From positions 1 to 63,306 of the forward strand of contig JBKPKU010000015.1 of the NCBI GenBank assembly GCA_046731295.1: a stretch of DNA of 63,306 bases. Direction: 5' to 3'. The notes below the pieces were generated by a model. It did no database searches, had not been told where the DNA came from, and saw nothing but the letters and a program-made list of their open reading frames with translations. How positions within the stretch are numbered: the stretch's first letter is position 1; the number at the start of each line of letters is the position of its first letter. The translations under genes and the position numbers were made by a program. Shown here piece by piece: positions 38,244-47,853 of the stretch. Source of the stretch: Actinomycetota bacterium. Lineage in GTDB: Bacteria > Actinomycetota > UBA4738 > HRBIN12.

Positions 38244-39028
38244 CACTCGGGCCGGCGGGCCTCGATCGCGCGGTCGCGCCCGTCCTCGTCGCGGTGCACG
38301 CGGACGCGGACGAGTCCCAAGGTCGTCAGCGCTCGCTCCATCTCGGTCGCCTGGTCGCCACCGAGTTCGAGGAGGACGCTCCCGCCGCGCCGGAGCAGTC
38401 GCGCGGCCGCATCGCCGCCGCGCAGGAGGACCGTCGTGCCGCGCGGTCCGCCGTCGATGGCTCGGCGCGGTTCGTGGTCGAGCACGTCGCGCGGGAGCAA
38501 GTGGAGCTCCTCCGTGGGGACGTAGGGGACGACCGCGGTCACGACGTCGACGCGCCCTCGCAGCGTGTACACGGGCTCGTCGAGATCGCCGAGGAGCGCG
38601 TCGACACCGTTGCGGCGCGCGCACGCGACGGCCGCCTCGTCCACGTCGGTGGCGAGCACGGTCGCGTTCGGGCGGGCCGACCGCAGCACGGCGGCTACGG
38701 CCCCGCTGCCGGTGCACAGGTCCACGGCGACGCCGCGATCGGGAAGCAGCTCGACGGCTCGCCGCGCGAGCGACTCGGTGTGTGGCCTCGGCACGAAGAC
38801 CCCGGGATCCACGCGAACCCGGACGCCACAGAACCGGACCCGGCCGCTGATCCAGGCGAGCGGCTCTCCGTTCAGCCGACGGGCGATCAGGTCGTCGATC
38901 CCACCGGCGCCCGCGCCCGACGCCTCGAGCAGGGCGGCGGCCTCGCCCTCGGGATCGACGCAGCCGCCGGCGGCGAGCGCCAGGACGATGCGCTCGAGCG
39001 TCGGACCGGACGCGATCCCGTACGTCAC
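38240..39028 (-). CDS. HemK/PrmC-related methyltransferase
   Basis: GEPLAWI, VFVPRPHTE, VDLCTGSG, VVPYVP, DGG. Confidence 0.85.
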   Translation of the reverse strand: MTYGIASGPTLERIVLALAAGGCVDPEGEAAALLEASGAGAGGIDDLIARRLNGEPLAWISGRVRFCGVRVRVDPGVFVPRPHTESLARRAVELLPDRGVAVDLCTGSGAVAAVLRSARPNATVLATDVDEAAVACARRNGVDALLGDLDEPVYTLRGRVDVVTAVVPYVPTEELHLLPRDVLDHEPRRAIDGGPRGTTVLLRGGDAAARLLRRGGSVLLELGGDQATEMERALTTLGLVRVRVHRDEDGRDRAIEARRPEC

Positions 39029-39117
39029 GCGCCCGAGCGTATCCGCCGGTCGAATGGACGTGTGACGATGCCACGGACGGGGAAACCGTTCACTTGACAT
39101 CGGGAAGAGGTGATCGC

Positions 39118-39546
39118 ATGCCGAGCGAGATCAGCACCCAGGCCTCGGTCACGATCGAGGCGCCGACCGACGAGGTGTGGGAGGCCCTGACGACGCCCGC
39201 ACTCATCAAGCGCTGGTTCTTCGGCGTCGACACCGAGACCGACTGGAAGGTCGGCAGCCCGATCGTCCACCGCGGCGAATACCAGGGCAAGCCGTACGAG
39301 GACGTCGGGACGATCGAGCGCCTGGAGCCGGGCCGCCTGCTCGTGCACACGCACTGGAGCCCGACCTCGGGCCTGCCCGACCGTCCGGAGAACCACCAGG
39401 AGGTCACCTGGGCGCTCTCCGGCAGCGACGGCATGACCGAGCTCACGGTGACCGAGCGCAACCTGCCGTCGGAGGACGCGAAGAACGTATCCGACCAGGC
39501 CTGGTCGGCGGCGCTCGCCGGGCTGAAGCAGCTCCTCGAGTCCTAG
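39118..39546 (+). CDS. SRPBCC/AHSA1 domain protein
   Basis: VWEALT, TDWKVGS, W..ALAGLKQLLE. Confidence 0.9.
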   Translation: MPSEISTQASVTIEAPTDEVWEALTTPALIKRWFFGVDTETDWKVGSPIVHRGEYQGKPYEDVGTIERLEPGRLLVHTHWSPTSGLPDRPENHQEVTWALSGSDGMTELTVTERNLPSEDAKNVSDQAWSAALAGLKQLLES

Positions 39547-39628
39547 GGCGGGGCGTTCCACAAGCCGCTCGGCGGCCCCACGGCGGCGGCGATACGATCG
39601 ACTTTCCCCTTTCTCAGTTCGAGGTGCC

Positions 39629-40360
39629 GTGATCGAGATCCGACGGGACGCGGAGATCCATGCGGAGGACGGCAGCTGGTTCAAGGCCCGCTGGCACTTC
39701 TCGTTCGACCGCTACCGCGACCCGGCGCAGATGGGGCTCGGGCCGCTGCGCGTCTTCAACGACGACCGCCTGGTCCCCGGGGCGGAGTGGCCGATGCACC
39801 CGCACGCGGACGTCGAGGGCCTCACCTACGTCGTCGAGGGGACGTTCGAGCACGCGGACTCGCTCGGCAACGACGGAAGGCTCGGACCCGGCGGCGTCCA
39901 GCGGATGACGCTCGGGTCCGGCGCCCGGCATTCGGAACGCAACGGATCGGCCGACGAGCCGATGCGCTTCCTCCAGTTCTGGATCCTTCCGGACACACCG
40001 TCGCTGCCCCCGGACGTCGAACAGCGCCAGTTCGAACGCGAGGATCGGCTCCACCGCCTGCGCAAGGTGATCGGTCCCGAGGGCGGGGAGGTCGTGAACG
40101 TGCACCAGGACGCGTCCACGTTCGTGGCCGCCCTCGAGCCCGGCGACGAGGTCGAGCACGAATTCGGGGATGGACGCGCCGGCTACCTGTACGTGATCGA
40201 GGGGGCGCTGGCATTGACCGATGCCCACAAGCTCCAGACCGGCGATGCCGTCAAGGCGTGGGGGCCCGAAGTTCTGGGGGTTCAGGCCGAGCGCGACGCC
40301 GAACTGATCCTGATCGAGGTCCCGAGCGCGTACGAGCCCGTCGGCGTCTGGACCCGCTGA
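39629..40360 (+). CDS. Pirin family protein (YhhW-like)
   Basis: LRVFNDD, HPH, HADSLGN, HSERN, FLQFWI. Confidence 0.93.
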   Translation: MIEIRRDAEIHAEDGSWFKARWHFSFDRYRDPAQMGLGPLRVFNDDRLVPGAEWPMHPHADVEGLTYVVEGTFEHADSLGNDGRLGPGGVQRMTLGSGARHSERNGSADEPMRFLQFWILPDTPSLPPDVEQRQFEREDRLHRLRKVIGPEGGEVVNVHQDASTFVAALEPGDEVEHEFGDGRAGYLYVIEGALALTDAHKLQTGDAVKAWGPEVLGVQAERDAELILIEVPSAYEPVGVWTR

Positions 40361-40513
40361 CCCATCCGCCCACCGCCCGGCGGCGAATCACGGGTTCAAG
40401 GACGGCCGATCGGACGCGTCAATCGGATCGATCCGGAAGAACGACCCCGGTTCGCCGGTTGCGGAAGGGGTCGAGGGAGGGGGTCCGGGTCGAGAGTCGA
40501 AAGGAGACTCGAC

Positions 40514-40651
40514 ATGGACAAGTCCCCAGGCATGAACCAGTCATCCAGGCGCAAGTGGCTGTGGATCGGGCTCGGGGCAGTGGTGCTGATCGCCCTGCTC
40601 GTGCTCCTGATCTCGCAGTCCGGCGGAGGCTCGGGCGGCGGCATCTACTAG
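40514..40651 (+). CDS. 45-aa single-TM protein ending GGGSGGGIY
   Basis: SD aaggag, TM helix, terminator follows. Confidence 0.7.
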   Translation: MDKSPGMNQSSRRKWLWIGLGAVVLIALLVLLISQSGGGSGGGIY

Positions 40652-40673
40652 ATCCCGCGGCGCCCGAAGACGT

Positions 40674-40703
40674 GAACCGGGACCCGCCCGTGGGTCCCGG
40701 TTC
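40674..40703. terminator. Terminator hairpin between convergent small genes
   Basis: 12-bp perfect stem. Confidence 0.75.
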
Positions 40704-40722
40704 TCGTTTCGGCAGCGGTGGC

Positions 40723-40872
40723 TCAGGACAGGGCGAGGCCAACCAGCGAGACCGTGAGCACGACCGCCAGGGTCGTCAGGATCAAGGCGATGCTCGCCCG
40801 TGCCTCGCGACCGAGGCTCGAGGGGCCAGGGCCGGTCGAAGGAGCGAGCCGGGGATCGCTGAGGTCTCTCAT
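40723..40872 (-). CDS. 49-aa protein with C-terminal TM helix
   Basis: IALILTTLAVVLTVSLVGLALS; GCTT-N16-GGGTAT promoter just upstream. Confidence 0.55.
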   Translation of the reverse strand: MRDLSDPRLAPSTGPGPSSLGREARASIALILTTLAVVLTVSLVGLALS

Positions 40873-40968
40873 GGACTTGCCATACCCAGCCCTTCGACTC
40901 GCCAAGCCCTGCCCCGGGGACTGCCTACCTGCCCCGGAAAAATGCCCCGAAATTCTGCGGCGCAGCAG

Positions 40969-40993
40969 GTTTGGCAGCTTTGGGGCGGGGTAT
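40969..40993 (+). promoter_or_regulatory. SigB/SigF-type promoter GTTT-N15-GGGTAT
   Basis: Consensus match upstream of 41039. Confidence 0.7.
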
Positions 40994-41038
40994 GGCCGGC
41001 CCGGCGAGTGCCCATCCGATGAGCTCCGAGGAGGATTG

Positions 41039-41299
41039 ATGACCACGATGGCGATCGGTTCCGAGCGGGACCAGCTCCGCCTGGTCGGGAGCCGGCCGGG
41101 CAGCTCGGGGAGGGGCCCGGCCATGCAGCCCGCCGGACGCATCTGCGAAGCCCGCCGTTGCAGGACGGTCCTGTCCCGGTACAACCACGCCACCCTGTGC
41201 TGGCAGCACGAGCCACGCCACCCGTACCTGTCGGCGGTACGCGGACGCCGCCCGGCCGAGGTTCAGGTCGTGGACGACCTGATCACCGTGGCGTCCTAG
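41039..41299 (+). CDS. Small Cys/His protein (C-x4-C...C-x2-H), putative zinc-binding
   Basis: GRICEARRCRTVLSRYNHATLCWQH; SD ggagga. Confidence 0.7.
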   Translation: MTTMAIGSERDQLRLVGSRPGSSGRGPAMQPAGRICEARRCRTVLSRYNHATLCWQHEPRHPYLSAVRGRRPAEVQVVDDLITVAS

Positions 41300-41326
41300 C
41301 CGACACATCGACGGATCCGGGGAAGG

Positions 41327-41362
41327 GCGAAGGCCCGGCTCGCAAGCGAGCCGGGCCTTCGC
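41327..41362. terminator. Bidirectional terminator hairpin
   Basis: 16-17 bp perfect stem between convergent genes. Confidence 0.8.
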
Positions 41363-41379
41363 TCGTGTCCAGACGGCCG

Positions 41380-42030
41380 TCAGGAGCGGGTCGTCGTGGC
41401 GACCCGCTCGTCCCGACGGTCGTGGTCGGCGTCGATGTCATCGTCGACGTCCCGCTCGTCGTCGGTCACGTCCACCGTGCGCTCGGCGGTCACCGGCCCC
41501 AACTGGGCGTTGGCGGGCATCGTGATCGCTCCGCCGATCAGCCCCCCGAGACCCGAGGCGATGAACCCACCCAGGATCGTCCAGAACGAGGCCCACAGTG
41601 CCGTGTCCACGCCCGAGCTCGTCAGGGTGGTCCCCTCGGCGATCGCCGTGACCCGGCCGAGGTTGAAGACGTTGAACACGGCCGGGATCCCGATCGCGAG
41701 CGCCACGATGAGGATCAGGCCCCACATCGTGATGCCGTTGAACAGACCGGAACCGGCGCCGCGCACGCCGCTCAACCACCCGGCGAGCAGGCCGCCGATG
41801 AACAGGGCCACGACGGCGGTGACCCCCACGTACCACTCGAGGTTCACGCGGATCGTGTCGACGTTCGAGTTGAACGCGAGCGCGAACCACAGCGTCGTGA
41901 CGAGGGCCAGCAGGGCCATGGCCAGCACCACACCGGCGAACACCGCACCCCAGCGGATGCGCTGAGGGCTCGGGGAACCGACCGCCGGCATGGTTGCGAG
42001 GTCCATCGTGCGTGTCGTTCGATCGCGCAT
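41380..42030 (-). CDS. Membrane protein, 4 TM
   Basis: RIRWGAVFAG, ALFIGGLLAG, NGITMWG; GGGTAT -10 upstream. Confidence 0.8.
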   Translation of the reverse strand: MRDRTTRTMDLATMPAVGSPSPQRIRWGAVFAGVVLAMALLALVTTLWFALAFNSNVDTIRVNLEWYVGVTAVVALFIGGLLAGWLSGVRGAGSGLFNGITMWGLILIVALAIGIPAVFNVFNLGRVTAIAEGTTLTSSGVDTALWASFWTILGGFIASGLGGLIGGAITMPANAQLGPVTAERTVDVTDDERDVDDDIDADHDRRDERVATTTRS

Positions 42031-42090
42031 GCCAAACCTCCTTTTCGGATCGATTCCTGTCATACCCACGAACAGGCCGGAACATGCGCC

Positions 42091-42116
42091 GTTTGCGCAG
42101 GCACGGTCGCGGGAAA
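42091..42116 (+). promoter_or_regulatory. SigB/SigF-type promoter GTTT-N16-GGGAAA
   Basis: Upstream of the 42153 peptide gene. Confidence 0.6.
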
Positions 42117-42152
42117 TCAGGCAGGGACGGAAGCGCCTGTCGGAGGTGCGCG

Positions 42153-42266
42153 ATGAACATCGGTGAGATCGTTCGCGAGGTCGAGGTCGTGCCGGCCGAC
42201 GAACCGGCGATCCCGGCACCCGAGCCGGTACACGAGGAGCCCGTTCAGGAGCCGCAGCCTGCATGA
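42153..42266 (+). CDS. 37-aa acidic Pro-rich peptide MNIGEIVREVEVVPADEP...
   Basis: SD ggaggt; ATGA overlap with the next gene. Confidence 0.7.
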   Translation: MNIGEIVREVEVVPADEPAIPAPEPVHEEPVQEPQPA

Positions 42267-42805
42267 GCGACGCGGAACTCGTCGTCGGGAGCCTGCGCGG
42301 CTTCCGCTGGTGGAAGTTGGATCGCGACGGATGGCTGCTGTCTCCCTGGCGCGGGCGACAGCGCTGGCTCCCCGGAACCAACCGCGCGGGATGCCTGTTC
42401 CGAAGGCGCATCACGACATGGCGCGCCTCGAAGAAGGCCCACCCGCTCGGTTCACCCGCGCGCGAGTGCGATTGCGGGTTCTACGGCCTGCACCAGGTGC
42501 CACCGACGCGTGACCACCCCGCTCGGTTCGGATGGGAGATCGGCGTCGAATCCTCCGGCGATCGTCGCCACGGGTTAGTGTTCGGCGTCGCGGCGGCAAG
42601 CGGACACGTCCTGGTCGGCACCGACGGTTGGCGCTCGGAGATCGCCCGACCGCTGGCGTTGTTGTGGGGTCACGGAGTCGACCTCGACGATCGCGCCGCG
42701 CTGAACGCGCACCTGTACGCGCTGCCGACCTACCGAGACCTGACCGCGTTCGTCGAGGAGTGGGGGCCCGGCGAGGTCGAGCGCGATCTCGCGGAGGCCG
42801 CCTGA
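42263..42805 (+). CDS. Uncharacterised protein with C..H..CxCGFY putative metal site
   Basis: LRGFRWW, NRAGC, AHP..ECDCGFYG, DGWRSEIARP. Confidence 0.75.
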   Translation: MSDAELVVGSLRGFRWWKLDRDGWLLSPWRGRQRWLPGTNRAGCLFRRRITTWRASKKAHPLGSPARECDCGFYGLHQVPPTRDHPARFGWEIGVESSGDRRHGLVFGVAAASGHVLVGTDGWRSEIARPLALLWGHGVDLDDRAALNAHLYALPTYRDLTAFVEEWGPGEVERDLAEAA

Positions 42806-42837
42806 ATGACGCTGAAGATCCCGCCGCTCGCTCGCTG

Positions 42838-43827
42838 ATGGGTCTCTCGCTCCGCGAGATGCTCCAGCGACTCGACCATTGGCAGCGCTCGCACCCGGTC
42901 GTCGCGACCGCGGTCGCCGTGGTCAAGAAATTCGGTGACGACCGCGCCGGGCGCCACGCGGCCCTGATCTAATACGGTTTCTTCTCCCTGTTCCCGCTCC
43001 TCCTGGTCCTGGTGTCCCTCCTCGGATTCGGCTTGCAGAATGACCCCGAGCTGCAGCAGAGGGTCCTCGACTCTGCACTTGCCCAATTCCCGGTGATCGG
43101 TCAGCAGATCGAGAACAACATCGGCGCGCTCACCGGCTCCTTCGTCACGCTCGCGGTGGGCCTCGCCACGGCGCTGTGGTCCGGCATCGCCGTGATCTCC
43201 GCAACGCAGGACGCGATGGACGAGGTCTGGAACGTTGCCAGGCGCGACCGGCCGTCGTTCGTGCGGTCGAAGCTGCGGGCGCTCCTCGGCCTCGTCGTCA
43301 TCGGGACCTTCCTGGTGACCGCCGCGCTGCTCGCCGGAGTCGGCGCCGACGGCGGATGGCCGGGCATCCCGCTCCGCGTCGCGGCGGTGGTCGGAACGGT
43401 CGCCCTCAACGTCGCCGTGTTCGCCGGCATCTTCCGGATCCTCACCGTGGCCGACGTCGGTTGGCGAGACGTCCTCCCCGGAGCCGTGCTCGCCGGCGCT
43501 GGGTGGCTCGTCCTGCTCGCAGTGGGATCCTGGCTGGTGGACCACCAGGTCCGAAACGCCTCCCACGTGTACGGCCTCTTCGCGATCGTGATCGGCCTGC
43601 TCGGCTGGGTGTACCTGGGCGCGCCGCTGCTGCTGTTCGCCGCGGAGCTGAACGTCGTACTGAAGCGCCGGCTGTGGCCCCGCAACCTCGGGAACACCCG
43701 CGAGGCCACGGGGCCGGACCGCGAGGTGATCGCCGGCGAGGCGAAGGAGGAGGCCGCCGAACCCGACGAGCGGGTCGAGGTTCGCTTCGGTCAGCCGGCG
43801 GCGGAGCGCCTGACCGGCCTGGTGTGA
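42838..43827 (+). pseudogene. YihY/BrkB family membrane protein with in-frame TAA at 42970-42972
   Basis: KKFGDDRAGRHAALI*YGFFSLFPLLL continues in frame to VYGLFA..LLGWVY..AELN. Confidence 0.8.
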
Positions 43828-43896
43828 CAGCCGGCGATCGAGGGTACGCATCGATCGTCCGACACGCGAAGAACGTCCCGAGGGAGGGAACCGAGG

Positions 43897-44025
43897 ATGG
43901 AACCGTGGGTGTGGGTCATCATCGCCGTTGCGGCAGTCCTGCTCCTGCTGCTGCTGTTCCGACGCGGCGGCGGAGGTCGACGGGTCGTCGTTCGACGTCC
44001 CGCGAGGCGACGGCGCTGGATCTAG
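43897..44025 (+). CDS. 42-aa TM protein with Arg-rich tail
   Basis: MEPWVWVIIAVAAVLLLLLLFRRGGGGRRVVVRRPARRRRWI; GTGT-N16-GGGTAC upstream. Confidence 0.6.
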   Translation: MEPWVWVIIAVAAVLLLLLLFRRGGGGRRVVVRRPARRRRWI

Positions 44026-44116
44026 GGAAGGCTGGACCGGCGACGCGTTGGCGACGCCGAGGCCGCTGCGACGTGCGGCGGCCTCGACGCTGCGATCGGC
44101 CGAAGCGGAGCACACG

Positions 44117-44476
44117 GTGAACGAGCGAGAGCCATCGAACGACGACGATACCGATCCGGAGGGCGTCGATCTCCCCGATCGACCGGAGGGTTCGTTCGAG
44201 GATGCGGCCACGGCTGCCGGTCAGCTCGAGGGCGAGTCGATCGACGAGCGCATCCGTCGAGAGCAACCCGATCGCCCCAGACGAGACCGCGACCCGGATG
44301 CCGCGGGCAGGATCGTGGACCAGGACGAGCCCGACGACGAAGCCGAGCTCGTCGGGGACGCCGCCGAGCAGGAGATCGACCTGTCGACCGAGGAGGCCGC
44401 GGTACACGTGAGACCAAACGCCCCCGGCGGCACGGACGACGCATCGGACGGGTACCTCGAAGGAGAGGACCGGTGA
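44117..44476 (+). CDS. DUF5709-like acidic protein
   Basis: GESIDERIRREQPD, AGRIV, STEEAAVH. Confidence 0.75.
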   Translation: MNEREPSNDDDTDPEGVDLPDRPEGSFEDAATAAGQLEGESIDERIRREQPDRPRRDRDPDAAGRIVDQDEPDDEAELVGDAAEQEIDLSTEEAAVHVRPNAPGGTDDASDGYLEGEDR

Positions 44477-44759
44477 TGGAGACCTTGGCGATCTGAGTCT
44501 CGTTCGCCCAGGAGCAGGCAGCCCACGGAGAGGGCGCCCACTTCTCGGACTTCTGGGTCGCGTTCGGACAGTCCACGCTGGAGAACTGGCAGTCGGAGTT
44601 CCTCCAATTCTTCTCCTTCGTCGTGGTGGCGGCGGTACTGATCCATCAAGCGCCGACTCCAAGGACGGGACGGACCGGATCGAGAAGACCTTGAACGAGA
44701 TCAGGGACATGCTCCGGGAGGCCGGGCTCTCCCAGAAGACCTCGAGCGACTCACGATGA
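44476..44759 (+). pseudogene. DUF6766-like membrane protein remnant
   Basis: STLENWQSEFLQ motif; early stop at the 5' end and a frameshift before ADSKDGTDRIE. Confidence 0.7.
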
Positions 44760-44812
44760 CCGCGAGGACCTGATCGGCGACAAGGCGCCCAGCGAACGCG
44801 CAGCATAGGGGC

Positions 44813-46105
44813 GTGACCACCCGGGACGGCCGCAGGCAGCGGCGGGAGGATCGGCACCATGCTGCCCGCGCGCGCCTTCATGGGTTCGGGTACTTCCGCA
44901 AGCTCGGGCCCGGATTCGTCACGGGCGCGGCTGATGACGACCCCGCGGGGATCGGGACGTATTCACAGGTCGGCGCCACGTTCCGCTTCGACCTGCTCTG
45001 GACGGCGCTGATCTCGCTTCCCCTGGCCTCGGCCGTGCAGGAGACCGCAGCCCGGCTCGGTCTCGTCAGCGGCAGGGGGTTGGTCTCCCTGATCAAGGAG
45101 CGCTTCCCCCGGCCCGTGCTGTGGCTCGCAGCCGCACTCGTCGTGGGCGCGAACGTCTTCAACATCGGCGCTGACCTCGGCTCGATGGCCGAGGCTTTCC
45201 GCCTCCTCATCCCCCTGCCGTCCGCCGCGCTCGTCGTCGGCATGGCCGCGCTGATCCTGGTGCTCGAGGTCTTCATCAGCTACGACCGCTACTCGCTGAT
45301 CCTGCGCTGGCTCGCGTTATCGATCCTCGCGTACGTCGCGGAGCTGTTCGTCGTGAACGTCGACTGGTCGCAGGTCGCGGCCGGGTTGATCCCCAGTTTC
45401 CAGCCGACGTTCGCATCCGTCGAGGCGCTGGTGGCGATCTTCGGCACCACGATCTCGCCCTACCTGTTCGTCTGGCAGGCGGGCGAGGAGGTCGAGGAGC
45501 GCGAGGCCAAGCACATCGGGCATGTCGGAGACGCCCAGCTGCGGCTGATGCGCGTCGACGTCGTCTCGGGGATGTCCGCCGGGGTCCTGGTCATGTTCGC
45601 GATCATGGTGAGCGCGGCCTCCACGCTCGGAGCCCACGGGGTGACGCAGGTGCGGTCAGCCGAGCAGGCGGCCAGGGCGCTCGAACCGATCGCGGGCCAG
45701 TTCGCCTCGCTCCTGTTCGCCGCGGGGATCGTCGGGACGGGCCTCCTCGCGATCCCAACGCTCGCCGGGTCGGCGGCGTACGCGCTGGCGGAAACGTTCG
45801 GATGGCGAGAAGGCTTGGAGCGCAAGCCGAAAGAGGCACCCGGCTTCTACGGGATCATCGGGGCCGCGATCGTCGTCGGCCTCGCGATCAACTTCTCCGG
45901 TCTCGATCCGATCCGCGCATTGTACGCGTCTGCGATCCTGAACGGGCTCGCGGCACCACCGCTGATCCTGTTGATGCTGATCCTGGCGAACGCGGGTTCG
46001 GCCAAGCGCAAGAGCGGGTGGTTATCGAACGCGCTGATGGTCGTCGCTTTGGCGATCATGACCGCGTGCGCGGTGGCGTACGCGATCGGCTGGTTCGTCG
46101 GCTGA
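44813..46105 (+). CDS. NRAMP-related divalent metal transporter
   Basis: LGPGFVTGAADDDPAGIGTYSQVG, GTTISPYLF. Confidence 0.92.
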   Translation: MTTRDGRRQRREDRHHAARARLHGFGYFRKLGPGFVTGAADDDPAGIGTYSQVGATFRFDLLWTALISLPLASAVQETAARLGLVSGRGLVSLIKERFPRPVLWLAAALVVGANVFNIGADLGSMAEAFRLLIPLPSAALVVGMAALILVLEVFISYDRYSLILRWLALSILAYVAELFVVNVDWSQVAAGLIPSFQPTFASVEALVAIFGTTISPYLFVWQAGEEVEEREAKHIGHVGDAQLRLMRVDVVSGMSAGVLVMFAIMVSAASTLGAHGVTQVRSAEQAARALEPIAGQFASLLFAAGIVGTGLLAIPTLAGSAAYALAETFGWREGLERKPKEAPGFYGIIGAAIVVGLAINFSGLDPIRALYASAILNGLAAPPLILLMLILANAGSAKRKSGWLSNALMVVALAIMTACAVAYAIGWFVG

Positions 46106-46110
46106 GGTTC

Positions 46111-46908
46111 TCAGCCGTCTGCCGACGGGCTCGTCGGGGCGATCCCAAGACCGTGGGCATCCGCACCGATCGCCGCCGCCTCCCGCCGGGATCCGGTCTG
46201 TTCGAACGCATAGACCGCGTAGGCCTGCCGGATCACCGTCTGCGCCACGTTGCGGACGTTGACCCCTCCGGGCGTGACGCCGTGCTCCGTCCCGCGATGG
46301 GCGTGGCCGTGCACGACCAGGTCGGCGCCCGCCCGGTCGACCGCCTCGGCCAATAGGTAGCTGCCGAGGAACGGGAAGATCTCGGGCGGCTCGCCCTGCA
46401 GGGTCTCGCGGATGGGGGCGTAGTGCATGAGTGCGATCCGCACGTCGGTGTCCAGATCGGTCAGGGCGGCCTCGAGCGCCTCGGACCGCTCCTTGGTGTG
46501 GCGGATGAACGCTTTCATCTCCGGCTCACCGAACTCGGCGCCGCTCGCGCCCGAGAACCCACCGCCGAACCCCTTCACCCCGGCCACACCCACCGAACCT
46601 CCCTCCGTGTCGATCCGAACGCCATCGCCCTCGAGCACGACGACGCCGACCTCTCGGAGTAGCTCGGCGATCTCTTGCGGGCGGTCCGCGTGATGGTCGT
46701 GGTTGCCGAGCACGGCGACGGCTTGGACGCCGATGCCCTGGAGCTCGCCGGCAAGCGCCGCCGCCTCCTCGGCACGGCCCGACTTGGTGAGGTCGCCGGC
46801 GACCAGCAGCAGATCTGCCCGATCGGCGAGGTTGCGGAGCTGATCTCCGACCGCTCGCGCCGAGTCCGGACCCACGTGCAGGTCCCCAGCCGCCGCGACG
46901 CGGATCAT
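46111..46908 (-). CDS. Calcineurin-like metallophosphoesterase
   Basis: GDLH, AGDLT, LGNHD, MHYAP, HGHAH. Confidence 0.92.
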   Translation of the reverse strand: MIRVAAAGDLHVGPDSARAVGDQLRNLADRADLLLVAGDLTKSGRAEEAAALAGELQGIGVQAVAVLGNHDHHADRPQEIAELLREVGVVVLEGDGVRIDTEGGSVGVAGVKGFGGGFSGASGAEFGEPEMKAFIRHTKERSEALEAALTDLDTDVRIALMHYAPIRETLQGEPPEIFPFLGSYLLAEAVDRAGADLVVHGHAHRGTEHGVTPGGVNVRNVAQTVIRQAYAVYAFEQTGSRREAAAIGADAHGLGIAPTSPSADG

Positions 46909-47159
46909 TGGACCGTCTCCACCCCGTCGGCCTCTGGGAACCGCGCCACCGTGGTTCGGTTCTCGACCTCGAGATGCGGGCAGCACTCGCGCACGACCTG
47001 GGTGACGGCCTCGCGCCGTTGCTCGGACGGCACCTGGCCGCTGACGACGACGCGGCCCTTGACCACGGTGACGCCGAGCTCGGGCTCGTTCACACGCTGG
47101 TCGCGGGCCAGCGCCTCCTGCACGTGGGCGGCGACGTACTGCGCCTCGTCGGCACTCAT
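46905..47159 (-). CDS. BON domain protein
   Basis: VQEALARD, VVVSGQV, VENR; overlaps both neighbours by 4 nt. Confidence 0.82.
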   Translation of the reverse strand: MSADEAQYVAAHVQEALARDQRVNEPELGVTVVKGRVVVSGQVPSEQRREAVTQVVRECCPHLEVENRTTVARFPEADGVETVQ

Positions 47160-47794
47160 GACGGACTCCCCCCGATCGCCTCGTACAGGGTCTCGATCGG
47201 ACCAGACGGGACGACGATGTCGATCGACGTCGCGAACAGCAGCAGGCTGAGCAGCCGCCTGGCTCCGTGCTGTCGCGCGCGGGCCACCAGGTAGTCCCAG
47301 TCGAGCTCGGTGGCGGCGATGATCGCCGCGGCGTCGTACCAGTACCGCGACGTGTCCTCGGACATCGCGCTCGCCTTCATCACGACGAGGTCCTCGGGCG
47401 GCGCGACCGGGACCATCCGTCCGCGGAACGGGACCGTGCGCGAGCGCTCGAGCATCTCCTGCCCCAGCAGGATGTCGCGGCTCGAACGGAAGATCACGTC
47501 GACCAGGACGCCATCCTTGGTCGCCTTCGACAGCCAGTGCTTGTAGACCTCCCGGGTCTCGAACCCCCGCGACCCGAGCACGTCCAGTACCTTGCGCGAC
47601 GTCTCGGGTCGCACGAACACGTCGATGTCGCGCGTGCCCTGGTCGCGCCCGTACACGGCCGAGCCGATGCCGCCGATGAACAGGAACGGGATGTGCGCGC
47701 CGTTCAGCGCGTCCACCGCCTCGTCCAGGACGCGCAGGAACAGGTCGACGTCGTCGGCCTCGGTGATCTCGGTTGCGGCTTCGGAGAGGCGCAC
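47156..47794 (-). CDS. Nucleotidyltransferase family protein
   Basis: IGGIGS..TRDIDVF, VDVIF, PEDLVVMK, LDWDYL. Confidence 0.85.
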   Translation of the reverse strand: MRLSEAATEITEADDVDLFLRVLDEAVDALNGAHIPFLFIGGIGSAVYGRDQGTRDIDVFVRPETSRKVLDVLGSRGFETREVYKHWLSKATKDGVLVDVIFRSSRDILLGQEMLERSRTVPFRGRMVPVAPPEDLVVMKASAMSEDTSRYWYDAAAIIAATELDWDYLVARARQHGARRLLSLLLFATSIDIVVPSGPIETLYEAIGGSPS

Positions 47795-47853
47795 CCGGGT
47801 CCTCCTCTGGTCAGGGTGACTGCGGCGGTTTGCCCTCGAACCGGCCGTTTGTT

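Noticed and set aside
42970-42972. Programmed readthrough, Sec or Pyl in yihY
   Set aside because: The codon is TAA and the motif also lacks a codon; mutation or error is simpler
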